Of a stretch of DNA of 64,000 nt, positions 20,001 through 29,200 are shown piece by piece. How positions within the stretch are numbered: the first letter of the stretch is position 1; each line of letters starts with the position of its first letter. Source of the stretch: Leptospiraceae bacterium. Lineage in GTDB: Bacteria; Spirochaetota; Leptospiria; Leptospirales; Leptonemataceae. The translations under genes were made by a program, and so were the position numbers. The DNA lies in assembly GCA_040217195.1 (NCBI GenBank), contig JAVJNR010000005.1, positions 512,001 to 576,000 on the forward strand. The letters are read 5' to 3'. The notes beneath the pieces are model-generated. The model saw only the letters and a list, made by a program, of their open reading frames with translations, ran no database searches and was not told where the DNA came from.

Positions 20001-20901
20001 GGTTCTGACCTTTTAAATGCAGTCCGATTCGCCCCACATCGTCGGCCAGTCGGTCCACTGCTTTTTGCATAAAAGACGAATGATAGGGGCCAGAAACATT
20101 GAGGAAATCCAGAGCATTGGCCAGGTCCTCATGCTTTCTCGACAGGTACGAAGCAAATCGCGCCATGGATGCAGTATGACCGGAAATAATAAAAGAATCT
20201 GCACCGTTTCTTAGACCAACCTCTAACGGTATTTCTATTCCGTTGAGCTTCTGAAAATCATCCAGCACGGTATCCAGACGCTCCGGGCTTTCGCATCGAA
20301 TGGAAGCCATGGGAGTAGGTCTTGGTCCCTGCCAGCCAGAAAGCAAATCGTGCCCCAGTTTCACTGGAGCGAAAGCTTCTCTGGTGCGATACCCCTGCCA
20401 GAATAGTAAACGGATCAGATCCGAGAATGCTTTGAGAAAGTCCGTTCCTTCCAGACCCTGGGCAACCAGCAAAGCTCCATGAATGCCCTGGGAATGACCC
20501 ACCGCAGCCACGGTATTCTGTAGCAATGAGTTCTGATCGATGCCTGAGTTCAGGAATCTGAGGTAGTGAGCTACTTGAGTCGCCAGGATCAATGGTCCGG
20601 AGTACACACCCTGGGCCAGTGCCGGTTCATTGGTTCGAATGGAACCTTCCAGCCAGCTCTTTAGATCATAGCCCAGACTGAACCATTCCGGATTCAATTG
20701 CCGGGCATCGGAGTATTCCTTGTTTAATGTTTCAAATAAACAGTTAAAGAATTCCCCCAGTTCTGGAGAATATTGCTGATATACCTGCTTTAGTTCTCCT
20801 AGATAGCCGGCCCCCTGGCCGCCAAACTGAATTAGAAAGGAGGCCTGCCCCTTTTCAATTTCTCGGGTTAATGTATTCGATTGAATTTGTGCTTCTTTCA
20901 T
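11011..20901 (-). CDS. fas: Type I fatty acid synthase, mycobacterial/fungal (CMN-FAS) architecture AT-ER-DH-MPT-ACP-KR-KS
   Basis: AT: FGGQG, GHSQG. FMN-dependent ER: GMTPTT, AGGHHSWE. MaoC DH: YANASGDLNPIH, HGMWT. MPT: FTGQGSQ, GHSLGEY. ACP: GNSSKRNQ. KR: VTGAGPGSI, YAESK. KS: PVAACATG, HDTST, GHSKAGA. ATG 20901 preferred over TTG 20952. Confidence 0.95.
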   Translation of the reverse strand: MKEAQIQSNTLTREIEKGQASFLIQFGGQGAGYLGELKQVYQQYSPELGEFFNCLFETLNKEYSDARQLNPEWFSLGYDLKSWLEGSIRTNEPALAQGVYSGPLILATQVAHYLRFLNSGIDQNSLLQNTVAAVGHSQGIHGALLVAQGLEGTDFLKAFSDLIRLLFWQGYRTREAFAPVKLGHDLLSGWQGPRPTPMASIRCESPERLDTVLDDFQKLNGIEIPLEVGLRNGADSFIISGHTASMARFASYLSRKHEDLANALDFLNVSGPYHSSFMQKAVDRLADDVGRIGLHLKGQNLKIPVLDPLNGRNLQEVGDLEQYVVEASTIRKVDWHRLMQKAAGLGASYCLSFGPGESIRAISRPYLEPVGAIQPGLHKKSGIDKLINGSFRRTRPWKDYAPVQGKLPDGSCIALNAYSRFTGRPPIFGGGMTPTTAEIDIVLSAACEGRIVEWAGGGQVTEAIFRQRIQRQANQLPSGQGIIVNLLYLDAYLWNLQYPLVRKLKQEGYPIDGVTISAGIPDKKEALEILDGLESVGICINSFKPGTHKQIAQVLEIAAEKPERKLIMQVEGGAAGGHHSWENLEELIERNYSRIRSRENVILTVGGGIHSPEQANQWLQGTWSETCMPVDGVFLGTRLMAAREAATSNTVKEALVNLSGSDWSDVRKNQKGSDVVSGRSGLGADIYYASNHWSATSSYLEKLLSDAGGEKANQIIAENRLRIIESLNATVKPYFGDVEEMTYEQMLRRFLELTAPGDRLKAPEGLWPDEPFIDVSFRDRFHNLLERVQSRFAETEEESVLQRDSNSPADFIESLRSDHPGISDLPVLPEDVQYFYEVCRKPGKPVNFIPYLDESLLKWYRSDSLWYSHCEGVDPDQCAWIPGPVAVAGIQKANEPVVEILKSFEQAVFASSKPSDEVLHLSESETAHAAIADGLDKLSELCLQSRGILCTLLKARFVVRGHKKILSTIPQAFALEEGMSLGWDLGKDGSLVALTAYRTGVRGKKHVMAELSLEGDSILFRRFPLSGGPAFLRQFQDSGLPWARFLELSSPVKTSQDFYQSLWDLQEASPGGQEYSFILDDRQLESFRAAVDGQSSALSSFAIVAGWKPMLRSLFEPEAAGDVMQLVHLFQEFKWGKGYFQWKTGERVQARARIERILWNASGKEVQIRGELRNQTQDVILSFVSGFLIRGEAPTENTEIYRPETLEFLPPDDASVSFLRGLDFLKCGTIGPGWRVSIHPEKAIIKRRVDGTSHWIVQGKLNQQGLPVGRVNLDWKGKNSPLEKLLNLFPVSSEEVTLEKPVLIYSEKDESPSSMNDYANASGDLNPIHLDSHMALEAGFSSPIVHGMWTSARILDSLVRNVAAGDASRVTSLKSQFQAPLHPGQEFFIRTYHVSNSRGRKNLRVEAITESGVQVYLGQATIEQVPTAYVFTGQGSQSQGMGMAFYDRYASARQVWDQAEVVTTEELGFSILDIVRNNPEEVRIGHEKFRHPKGVLNLTQFTQVGLVAKAMADWAILRENGLLSRDACFAGHSLGEYAALASQGILPLESVIRIVYHRGLTMQSLVERDEHGNSPYRMTVVLGNKKAGLSEMRIEELVAETRAKVDKPLEIVNFNIRDRQYSVTGHIDAIEALEADLRKVSGGHKTFVRIPGIDVPFHSSILLPGVSAFREVLQQNLNSVNGLETLDGRYIPNLVAQPFTLTDEFLRAVQSKTGSSAIREIQDSSIPLAEARKLLLIELLAYQFAQPVLWIQTQDYLFQEKGIRRVIDIGARGDLAGMARQTLKQMDLPHAVEVLHVEEDEARVFQRMEDAFDLYEDHRSKESAESAIARSESELDEAKAPVESETKMEISQSDKPESKVSRPSASVGQEEPDAKDLSEKGTKQIQSESADPGKLMDAKEGLFALLAWKAELRAEQIQESETIDEIFGGNSSKRNQVLADLASEFNTSELEGVQEKRLSDVIDLLRRKVSYGGPGPYLRAAFENFLKEFMPPGRNRPEVLEFLRSKSAPEGLIILATVRFPLMARSGPSIRDGNLGSLPVDKRFSSKDQADQWLEKALHSLAQEKGIQIQSDDSRTGAVAVDSAALAELEARYFGLEGSFARLIRATSQQLLGQDPFEPLIVQDRTTLANASVTSDKEHGKQYKSILESRFDSRKVVHFDNPLPWIRKNLYCEFWELMTGNRPHFSESLKRQSRSCADSLESLLGYMERKAHHRNPDVEIRVQELKEDLQIASSGYYSIHGRIQCETEISRDGSLNLRSIEEPGNVIPELFDSGHASFRRSNDEGQSFQDYDCSVEEFLKQLPSSSNPMNLSGRCILVTGAGPGSIALDIVRNLLSSGATVILGTSTYSDDRLEFYKDVYQISASKDSSLIVIPFSQGSLSDIRDLVEYCFDQDWIPDTILPFGAIGEEGDLASVGPDSLAGIRVMLLGVQSLLAEVVEQYRKRFLKGPFQFILPLSPNHGAFGKDGLYAESKLALEVMLRKWYSEYEQWGRYCSLKAVRIGWVRSTGLMALNDVVAPEMEKVHGIRTFHSQEMAELITSIMGFNAWSDPSPLMADLTGGLTNLTGLREKVQSIREELLRKSTRARALYALELNIEEKQSVRTVKPLELYSSSIALGPVEQTEIKSNLSLEDIVCVVGFGEVSPGGSTRTRWELEQGGDLSLEASVELAWTMGLIEYKNTGEGYFWVDTESGEIVNAAEVSRKYGDRFRSGTGIRLVNPEVTGFDPGHQPVYSEIVLEEDFYIPVADEGEGREFQDALPEDTDVYHDSQKDRWFIRRKAGTTIRVLKSVGLDRFVAGQIPDGWDPERYGLSRELIRQVDRVTLFNLISTAEAFLQAGMEPSELFEYIHPSDAGSTVGGGLGGTSRLNSVFTDHLLNRTRQNDALQETLINVTVAYAVTAYLGSTGPIQTPVAACATGGVSLDMAMNLFQSGKAKFLMAGGFDEISAQGMIGFGDMEATAKTNEMLDRGIEPARMSRPNDSRRGGFVESHGGGLLLLARGDLAFEMGLPVYGMVGMSATHSDGLHMSIPAPGQGLLSIARESVAGPEAKAAHSSVSDIKTGNEVSGPAASDTCQSRSPLGEALANFGLGADDIGVIYKHDTSTKANDVNENRLHETIQKQLGRHPGNPLPVVSQKSYTGHSKAGAASWQMIGLLQCMHSGIIPGNRSLQNVDRAMNEFSHLLFTDETIHLGEGRIKAGLFSTLGFGHVGAMGLLISGVLFESFLTQEEKKLYRSKLQKRSRSIVRRLHEMRTGLQNPLFVRRVPEPRELSEEAEMLLNSDSRWNATEGRFETREVAK

Positions 20902-20976
20902 GATTCTTTCCGTGTCAAAAGAATCATTGCATGCTTTTAATCTGCAACTCAATGGTCCAGGCGAACATTGATGGGA

Positions 20977-21009
20977 TGCGACAAATGATTGGTTAACTGC
21001 GCCAAAGCA
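20977..21009 (-). promoter_or_regulatory. Candidate AraC-type operator upstream of fas
   Basis: TGCGACAAATGA (20977) and TGCGCCAAAGCA (20998) form a direct repeat with a 21-bp period, next to an AraC gene. Confidence 0.4.
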
Positions 21010-21166
21010 CTGTTTCGATTAGGGATTGGGGCCTGGGCGCATTTCGCGACTATCGTAATGCGATTTCTAACTCTCAGAAAATTGGCTGTATTACGAATTC
21101 GGGGGATGGATCCTTAGAGGCATTACTAGAAATACGAAGAAAGGAACAAGAAAACTGTTGGGGACG

Positions 21167-22213
21167 TTACTGTTCTTTCAAAGTCTTTCGGTAGGAACCG
21201 GGAGTAGAACCGAACCAGCCCTGGAATGCATGCTGAAAGGAACTTGCATCCGAAAAACCTAAAAGATGAGCAATTTCTATCATTCGGATATCTTCTTTAA
21301 TATAATGTTGAACCAGAGTCTTTCGTGTTTCTTCCAGAAGATCCCGAAAGCTGGTTCCTTCTGCCTTTAGCTTACGCTGAAGAGTACGACGATCCATAAA
21401 AAGCTGATCCGCCACATCATCAATACCGGTCTTTCCCTCGGGAAGGAGCCTGAGTAGCAATTCCTGCACTTGGTGCCCCAGACCGGTGCGTACTTCCAGT
21501 TGCTGTAGAAGTTGTTCAGCTCTGCCTTCCATATATCGCTGAATATAGGAGTTGGCCGTATTCAATTCACAGGATAAATATTTTCGATCCAAAACCAGCC
21601 CAGTATCAGGCTGCTTGAACTTGATTTCCGTTTGAAAGATTTCTTCGTATTTCTTCTTATAGCCTGGATCCGCATGTGCGTATCTAACCTCGTTCAGCTC
21701 GATACGTTTGCCGGTAAATTTCTTGATATAATGGTAGCATTGAACCGTATAATGCTCGGACATCCAGCGGTTCTGGTGGGCCACGGATGTGTTAATATAG
21801 TGAATACCGGCTGTTTTCTGACCTTCTCTAAATTCAAAGCGATCTGTCTCGCAGACCAGACGGGCAAATCTAGCCCAGTGACGAAGTGCTGCTCGCAAAT
21901 TGGAACAGAGCATTACGATGTGGGTCACAAAGTGCATTTGCGAATCCCCGTAATGAGAAAATAAATCCAATCCCAGAGAGGGGTTATCGGTGCGCTCCAC
22001 AGCCAATTGCCATAGATCCAGGCATTGGCGCAGGCCAATTCGCATATCCGGATCATCGAAGGAGAAGTCCTGCAGCCCAATATTCTGGCAGATTTCCTGC
22101 AACTCCATGCCATTCTTCTGTAGAAGTGCAATGAGAACTGGATTGACCATGGATGAGGTGGTGGGCTGCACGCTATGCTGAGAATTCTTTTCGTCGCTTG
22201 AAATGGCCTTCAT
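21167..22213 (-). CDS. AraC-family transcriptional regulator (long ligand-binding N-domain, OruR-like)
   Basis: C-terminal double HTH: MDRRTLQRKLKAEGTSF...IAHLLGFSDASSFQHAFQGWFGSTPGSYR. Confidence 0.92.
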   Translation of the reverse strand: MKAISSDEKNSQHSVQPTTSSMVNPVLIALLQKNGMELQEICQNIGLQDFSFDDPDMRIGLRQCLDLWQLAVERTDNPSLGLDLFSHYGDSQMHFVTHIVMLCSNLRAALRHWARFARLVCETDRFEFREGQKTAGIHYINTSVAHQNRWMSEHYTVQCYHYIKKFTGKRIELNEVRYAHADPGYKKKYEEIFQTEIKFKQPDTGLVLDRKYLSCELNTANSYIQRYMEGRAEQLLQQLEVRTGLGHQVQELLLRLLPEGKTGIDDVADQLFMDRRTLQRKLKAEGTSFRDLLEETRKTLVQHYIKEDIRMIEIAHLLGFSDASSFQHAFQGWFGSTPGSYRKTLKEQ

Positions 22214-22311
22214 AGAATACCGTGAGAGCTTAACCCTGAATGGGGCCTCACATCAGTAAACCAGAAAATCCAGAGACGATTAATGCCAGCTTCGTATTTG
22301 CTCAACCTACG

Positions 22312-22557
22312 CTAACGGGATTTGCTTTGCACTTGATGACTCAAGATTTCGGACAGACCGGCTGCCGCTTCTGCACTCATACGAACGTTGGTTCCGCCCT
22401 TTACGAGCCCATCGGAATCCACCAGGAGATGACGAATCTCCACTTCGTAGTTCGTAGCGCGCACCTGAACAGTGTTAGAATAGAATTCACCAAGCTGCAA
22501 TTCATTGCCGGCAGAATCCCTGGGAAATTTTAGTCGAGTGGTCTGATTCTTCTTCAT
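22312..22557 (-). CDS. Small hypothetical protein, DUF3467-like
   Basis: Strong GGAGG RBS before ATG 22557; the pattern YSNTVQV...VRMSAEAAAGL resembles DUF3467. Confidence 0.55.
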   Translation of the reverse strand: MKKNQTTRLKFPRDSAGNELQLGEFYSNTVQVRATNYEVEIRHLLVDSDGLVKGGTNVRMSAEAAAGLSEILSHQVQSKSR

Positions 22558-22691
22558 GATTGATCCTCCCACTCTATGTGTCTTGAGAAGCTGTTCCGTT
22601 CGAAAAAAGGAACCACCATCGCCCCTGAATTGGAAAGTAATTCATACTGTTTTGCTAAATCTCCGGGCCATTTTCAGTTTACCTGTTCCTT

Positions 22692-23270
22692 CTACTTGCT
22701 CATTCGGTTTTCTTCTGCGCGCTTCCTGGCTTCTTCGATCAACTCCCAGTCCGGCTCTTTCTGCCACCATTTGCGATTGTTCGGCCAATCCTTCAGATCC
22801 ACCTTCTCCAGGTTGGGACTGTTCGCAAGGATCGCTTCCATTAGATCACCACCACTGACGACGCCCACCCCGAACTCCAGGCTTCTTTTCGGGTCCTTGC
22901 TCCGCACCTTCACTATGCCTCCCAGGGCAAGGGCTTTATGCACGGCGACGATCTCATCGTAGTTGATACGGACCCAGTGTCGGAAAATCCGTTTACCTTC
23001 AATACCCTCTGCATCGCGCATTACCAGGTTTGATGTTTTAAACAATCCTAATAGGAAATCTCCGGTAAAGATAACCCCTCCCGCACCAAAAACGAAGAAT
23101 CCGAAGGTCCAGAAATTGGTCGGCTCCCTTATGAAATTGAGCGCTGAATGATAGATAATCGCCCAGCCCAATCCGAAAAACCATACAGAAACCACCGTTC
23201 CTACGATCAGGGAAATAGCGTTCCCGCCCACATTTCGGTGTCTTGCCGGTCTCATTGTATTCTTGGCCAT
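22692..23270 (-). CDS. 2-TM membrane protein with a soluble (bacterial PH-like) C-domain; candidate immunity protein
   Basis: GGAGG RBS lies inside the end of the giant gene, 19-bp overlap; two hydrophobic helices followed by ...WVRINYDEIVAV.... The immunity role is inferred from context. Confidence 0.6.
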   Translation of the reverse strand: MAKNTMRPARHRNVGGNAISLIVGTVVSVWFFGLGWAIIYHSALNFIREPTNFWTFGFFVFGAGGVIFTGDFLLGLFKTSNLVMRDAEGIEGKRIFRHWVRINYDEIVAVHKALALGGIVKVRSKDPKRSLEFGVGVVSGGDLMEAILANSPNLEKVDLKDWPNNRKWWQKEPDWELIEEARKRAEENRMSK

Positions 23271-26200
23271 GCTACCTCCCAGAATGCATCGTTCGCCAGG
23301 TCAAAGGGCATTGGCGTTACTGTGCCCTGAAGCCAATCGTTTGCCTGTCTTCCTTTATAAGAGTATTCGAATCGGGTCAGAGGCGCCGACCCTCGCGTTC
23401 CATAGATGCCAAGGGCCTGACTTCCCATGCCAAAGCCAGCTTGAATGAGTGTTCGGGTGAACCTTTCACTGCCCATTCCCCAGCCGTGTTCAGGCATTGT
23501 CTGATAGATCTCGTTTAATCCAAGGAACGCACCATTCCCAATAATCTTCCCCGTATCGTTCAACAATCGAGTACCACCGATAGCAGAAGAACCAGCGCCG
23601 GTAAAGAATCCCTGGCCAAACGAACTATAGGCATCACTCAATGTATATTCCTCGCCTTGCATCGATGCAACTGTCATGTCCAGAGGAATTTTTGCCGCAC
23701 CAGACGTTGCTCCGTTGATGGCCATGGAATTCAGAGTATATTTGTTTCTATAGACTTTGTTAAGGATGGCTCGTCCGGGTGCCGTGCTGCCAATCCTGGC
23801 TGCCATGCTGGATTTTCGGAACTTGTTGAATGCTCCCATTCCCAGGCGCAACTTATGGGCATTACTTCCCAATCTGGCTGCCTTATAGCCACGATAGGCC
23901 AACTTTCCTGCTGTAAATGCCTTCATTGCTCCCAGGGTTATCAACTCCGTGGTTACCATTTCCGCAATTTCATAATGAACCATTCCTCGTTTGTACCGAG
24001 TCTGAATCTCCGCACCCAGGATCGCACCAGTTTCCAGTCCATTTCCTTTTAGGACAGTGGCTATCTTCGCTCTAAGCCTTTCCTTTCGATCGGCAGCCTT
24101 TTGATCGAGCCTGGCTTCAAAAGCTTTCTGCTCTCGGGTTATCTGATCCCAGGATTTGTCGTTAACAAGGTATTTAGTCCTCTGAATGCCTTCGCGGAGC
24201 CAATATTTTAAGAAGCGTTCCGTCCCCTTGAATCGATCCTTAAAGCCATGCGCCTGGAAGCCTTCACCCAGATCGTATCGGTCAAGAGCCTCCTGCATGT
24301 GCTTTCTATAAATCAGATATTCCTGGTAACTTCCTTTGCCAAAGCGTTTATTCATGGATTTACGCAACCTATCTCGCATTCGCTCTTTTAGCTGATAGGC
24401 ATGGGATTGGCCCACTTTCGCAGGTGCATAAATATTCGTACCCTGGTAAAGAAACTCTGTTTTCTTGGCTCCATAGTGCTTGTGCATTTGTTTTGCACGC
24501 ACAATCCGCGCCAGAGGATGGGAGGAATCCACGCCTACTGAATCGCCACCTTCCTTGATACCACTTTGAATCGCTCCAAATGTCTCCCATGGACCCGGCT
24601 GCCTGCCCACTGTATCTGGTGCAGGTCCGGTCATTAGATCAGACCATTCTTTGTCCATTGCACCCAGGTTTTGAAGATTCTGTTCACTGAGCACCCGAGT
24701 TGGATCGCCACCGTATTTACGGATGACCAGTTCCGTTGCCTCTGCCACGGACATGCCGGCAGCCTGGGAAAGACGATCGATTTCAATGTAGCATTCCTCT
24801 TGAATGTTTCTATCCCCATGCTTGACTATTTCCGCAGCAGCCACATCTGCTGCAGAACTGAGCTTACCTTCCCTGGAGGATCTTCCCAATTGGCGGCTTC
24901 TAACCTTGATTGCTTTACGAACACTGGCTTTTCCATATGCTTCATTGAATCTCCTGGCCAGTTTCCGGGCCTTTTCTTCGTCCCTGGTTGCTCCCAGAAA
25001 AATGTCCAGTACCGTTTGTTTTCCCGATTCATCCCTGGTCCTCTTCGCTTCCTTCCAGGCTTTTCTAAGCCTTTTCTCCTTGTCTCTATTGGCTTGCGCT
25101 TTGAGTTCTTGGCCCAATCCAGCGTTCAGTGCACCTCCAACTATGCTTGTCCAGCTTTTCAATCCCGGGCTAACGCTGGCATTATAACTATGGTCCAGTC
25201 CCAGGCTCCGCCGCCCCAGTTCCCAGGTAGAATCCACCAAGCTTCCAGTCATGGAATTCAGAATGGAGTTGCGAAAGCCCGTTCCAAAACCATTTTCGCT
25301 TCCTTGAATCAAAGGCTTGGAACCAGTCATTTGATTACCGCTAGCTGCTGCGCTTATTCCGTAGGAGGTTAGCCCCGAAAGGATGCCTTTGCCCAGAGCA
25401 CGACCATCATGGTTTCCTCGCTGATATTCAGCCCGCGCTGCACCAATTCCGGCTCCCAGTGCTGAAGCCACCTGAGCCCAGCCTTTTGGCACAAGAGAAG
25501 ATCCCATTTCAGAAGCTCTGGCAACCAGGTCTCCGGTGGTAAATTCATAGGTTGAACGGCCAGTCCGAACGTCTGCTTTGATACCGGCGGTGAGTATTCC
25601 CGCCCCGGCAGAATACAGGCCCAGACTGGCGCCACCGTCCAGATATATGGCGCCGGCCTGGACTGCGGTGGCACCCAGGACCAGTCCACCGGCACGTATC
25701 AGCTTACCCCGATTTCTACCATAGACTCTGGTGCCCACTTCTAAATCATGATAGGCCTGCACAGAGCCCAGCTGCGCCTTGTTCATCGCCCCGGTAATAG
25801 GATCGATGAAAGGTCCGCGCTTCGCAATATTTTCAGAGCTCTTTCTGGATACCTGCTCATTCATAAACTTCATCTGTAGATAAAACCCCGGTATACCTGG
25901 CTGGCCTGGACGACTTTCTCCTCCCAGCTCTCCCAGCCCTCCGGCGAACTGATGGATCATCGCTGTAACTCCGGAATGCTGATTCGCCGCATGGTAGGAG
26001 CTAACGTCCTTGCCGGCCATCTGATCAGCCATCAAAGATGCCTTGCCATCCGGCGCTCTTCCCATCCAGCATCCGAAATCTCCGAGCACATCACAGTCCC
26101 GGGACCGGGCTCGAGAAACTTTTTCTCTAGTACTGCCAGCGATGCCCTGCATCCAATTCTGAGCTTTTAGTTTCTCTGTATGTAGTATGGCATCGAACTC

Positions 26201-29200
26201 GGGCTTCGAAACAGAATTCATCAAGGTGCGAAACTCTGGCCGGGACGAAAAAATCTCACTGTCTGCTTTGAAGCGATCTGCCTTCCCCTGAATGTCAAAA
26301 GGATTCACCGGATTGACCAGACCTACATTCCGCCCACCAAGCCCCTTCTTAAGAAAGACTCCATCCATCCTTACAAACCCGGAAGAGAGAGCCGCAGACT
26401 CCGTTCGATTCCTATAGGATTTATTTCGCTTCTGAATGGACTCAACAAATTTATCGATTAGATTTCTATACTCCTCCAGGACTTGAATTCGAGCCAATAC
26501 CTTCATCCTATTATTATGGTGATCCAGTTCTTGACGAAAATCCTTCATCAGATCAAAAGTATCTGGAGCTCCCAGCCCTCTTGATTCCATTTGAAGTTTA
26601 ACGTTGCTATCAAAACGTTCAATGCTTTCGTTGATTGATTCCAGGGATTCGCGATTCAAGGATTGGCGACTAACTTCTTCCACAGCATCATTGATGGTCG
26701 CTGCGCGATCAATTGTTGGTAAGTCGCTTTTCAGGGAGGAACGATGACTTCGAATCTGAGCATTCAATTCATCGATTTCTGCACCCAGATTTTCTCTAAT
26801 GGTCTTTTTTGCCAGTTCTTTGCGAAGCCGGTTTTCCCAGGCCGCCTTTTCAGCATGATGATTTTCAATCCGTGTATTCCATCGGTCTTCGGCAACTCTT
26901 ATCCTCTGTTCTTCCTCGCTTCGTGCATCATGCCACCTTGCCAGAAAGGCATTCTCTGCGGTAGCCCACTGATCCTGACCCCGGTCCATAATAGTCTCCA
27001 TTCTTTGTTCCCAGAGCTCTTTTGTGTGTTTCAGGGATTCTTCGCGCGCTTTCCAGCTCTCCTTTTGCAGTTTGCTCCTCTGCTCCAATTCCCGCTGCTG
27101 GATGGACTTTGCATTCTCCAGCTGATCCTGAAAAACTGTACGAAAACCCTGAAACTCTCGTCCGCCGTGCGATTTCCCGGTAGCTATTATACCTGAACCA
27201 GAGGCCCATTTCAGTAGCTTATGGATGGTACGGGAACGTTCAGAGAGTGCGAACTGGGGCTCGGCAGTCCTACCTTTTTCAATGTACTGTGATTTAGCTT
27301 CACTGCGAAGTGCATTGCCGTGACGAACCATGCTGGAAAGTAGCCGACCAAGGTTGTAAACCTCCTCCGTTTCCGCTTCCGCTGAAATTTCCGGGCGCTG
27401 CGTGGCCTGGCTTTCGAGATTGATTTGCACATTTGGCTGAATAACCTGCACCCCATCACCGGTGAGATCGTTCTCATGTAATCCCCCTTCCTTGGAGTTC
27501 GTTGAATCGCAAGAATGTCGTCTGCCGGTGGAACCGAAGCATTTTGCCTGCTCACTCAGTTTGGAAATATTAAGGGCATCATCTTGATCGTCCGGATTTA
27601 AAGAGGCCTGGTTCGGATCGGAGTCGTACAGATAGTTTAGTTCACCTTCGGTGATTTCGTAACCCAGAACATTTCCGAAGTCCCGGAGTCTTTTTTTCAT
27701 AATTCTAAGATTCGGTGCTTTTGTAAGATAATCCAGATTTGCCTGAGCTCGTTGATATCGCAACTCAGCCCTGCGAACTTCAGCTACCTTTGTATTATCG
27801 CCGACACGGCCTACATTTAGACTGGCTACCACTGAATTGATCTGCTGCAATACCAGCCTGGCTTCGCCCTGGGATAGCATCTTTGCAGCCTGTCGGTAAA
27901 CTGCCACACTGTGACTGGAGCCCACAAAGGCGCCCAGAACCGCTTCTGTGGCGGACTTATAGAGTACCGGAAGCCAGATGCTTCTAGTAATCTGGTTTTC
28001 CTTGATTGCCCGATCCAGGTGGCCAAGACTTTGTAGCCAATTCATATGTACCGGAACGTAGTTTTCGTATCCCAGAGCGGTAGCGCCTCCTGCTTTCATC
28101 CAGGTGCGAATCGCTTCTCTTTCCTTTGCACTCTTGCTTTCCCAACGGCTCAATCCCGTAGCAGCCACTAATTGTTGCATGGAGCTCCATTGGTACTGGG
28201 TCGGATCCAGATTGCCTCCCCAGATGGATCGATTGATTTCTCTGGCCACGGTGCCTGCGCCGTAGAACCAGGACGAGTACTCAGCTCCCAGATTCACAAC
28301 CACTTCAGAATCGCCATCGGGATCCAGGGGAGGAAGTTCATTTGAAATCATTCGATAAACGAAGTCCCGGGCATTCTTGCGCTCTCCATCGCTTCCAGGA
28401 CCAGTCATATCGCCGAAGTTCTGATTGAGCTTTTCCTGAAACCTGGCCTTTGCTTTTTGAACTACCGCCTTGCGCTTATCGATTTCGGCCTGAACCAATG
28501 TGGCCGCCTTTTCCAGTCTTACAGTGCGCTGAGTATGGAAAATATATTCTGCTCTTGCATCTATGAGTTCGCCGTAACGCTCATTCAGATCGCGCAGTGT
28601 CAAAAGGTATAATTCTGCTTCTTCGGCAATCTGCCACTCCGGAGCATCCTCTTCATCGTCCGAGTCCAGAAATCCCGGGTTGAATCCGTGGATTTCTTCC
28701 AGCTCTTCTCGATATTGCTCCAGTCCGTCCGAAAGCTCCCAGTCATCGGGATCGGCTCCCAGTTCGGCAATCTCCTGTAATTGCTCTATGCTAAGTTGTC
28801 CAAAGAGTTCTCGAATCACTTCGTAAGGCTGATGCCCTTCAAAATCGGAATGCTTGGACTCCTGGAGCTCTGTCAGCCTTTCCTGGTCCTCTTCTTCCAG
28901 TTCATCGTCCAGTAGATCGTTTCCATCTTTACGAAGTTGGGCTACTCTTGAGAAATCATCCAGATCATCCTGCAAAAGAACATCAAATCCAGCTTCTTTG
29001 AATTGTCGCTGGGTGGAGTTGTAGGCAGCCAGAGCGCGTTCAAATGCTTCGTCTGCATCCTCCGAGTGTAATTCATAGGCATCTATGGACTCTCCGGAGA
29101 CTTCTTCCGACTCATCGCCGGCTTCCTCTATGCCCCCCTCCGCTGAGTATTCCGTATTTGATGATCCATAACCGTTGGCTACACTCGAATCGGCAGATGC

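Noticed and set aside
11011..20901. Polyketide synthase or PUFA (pfa) synthase
   Set aside because: The domain order AT-ER-DH-MPT-ACP-KR-KS with a C-terminal KS and single ACP is the CMN/fungal FAS-I layout, not a KS-first PKS or pfa layout.
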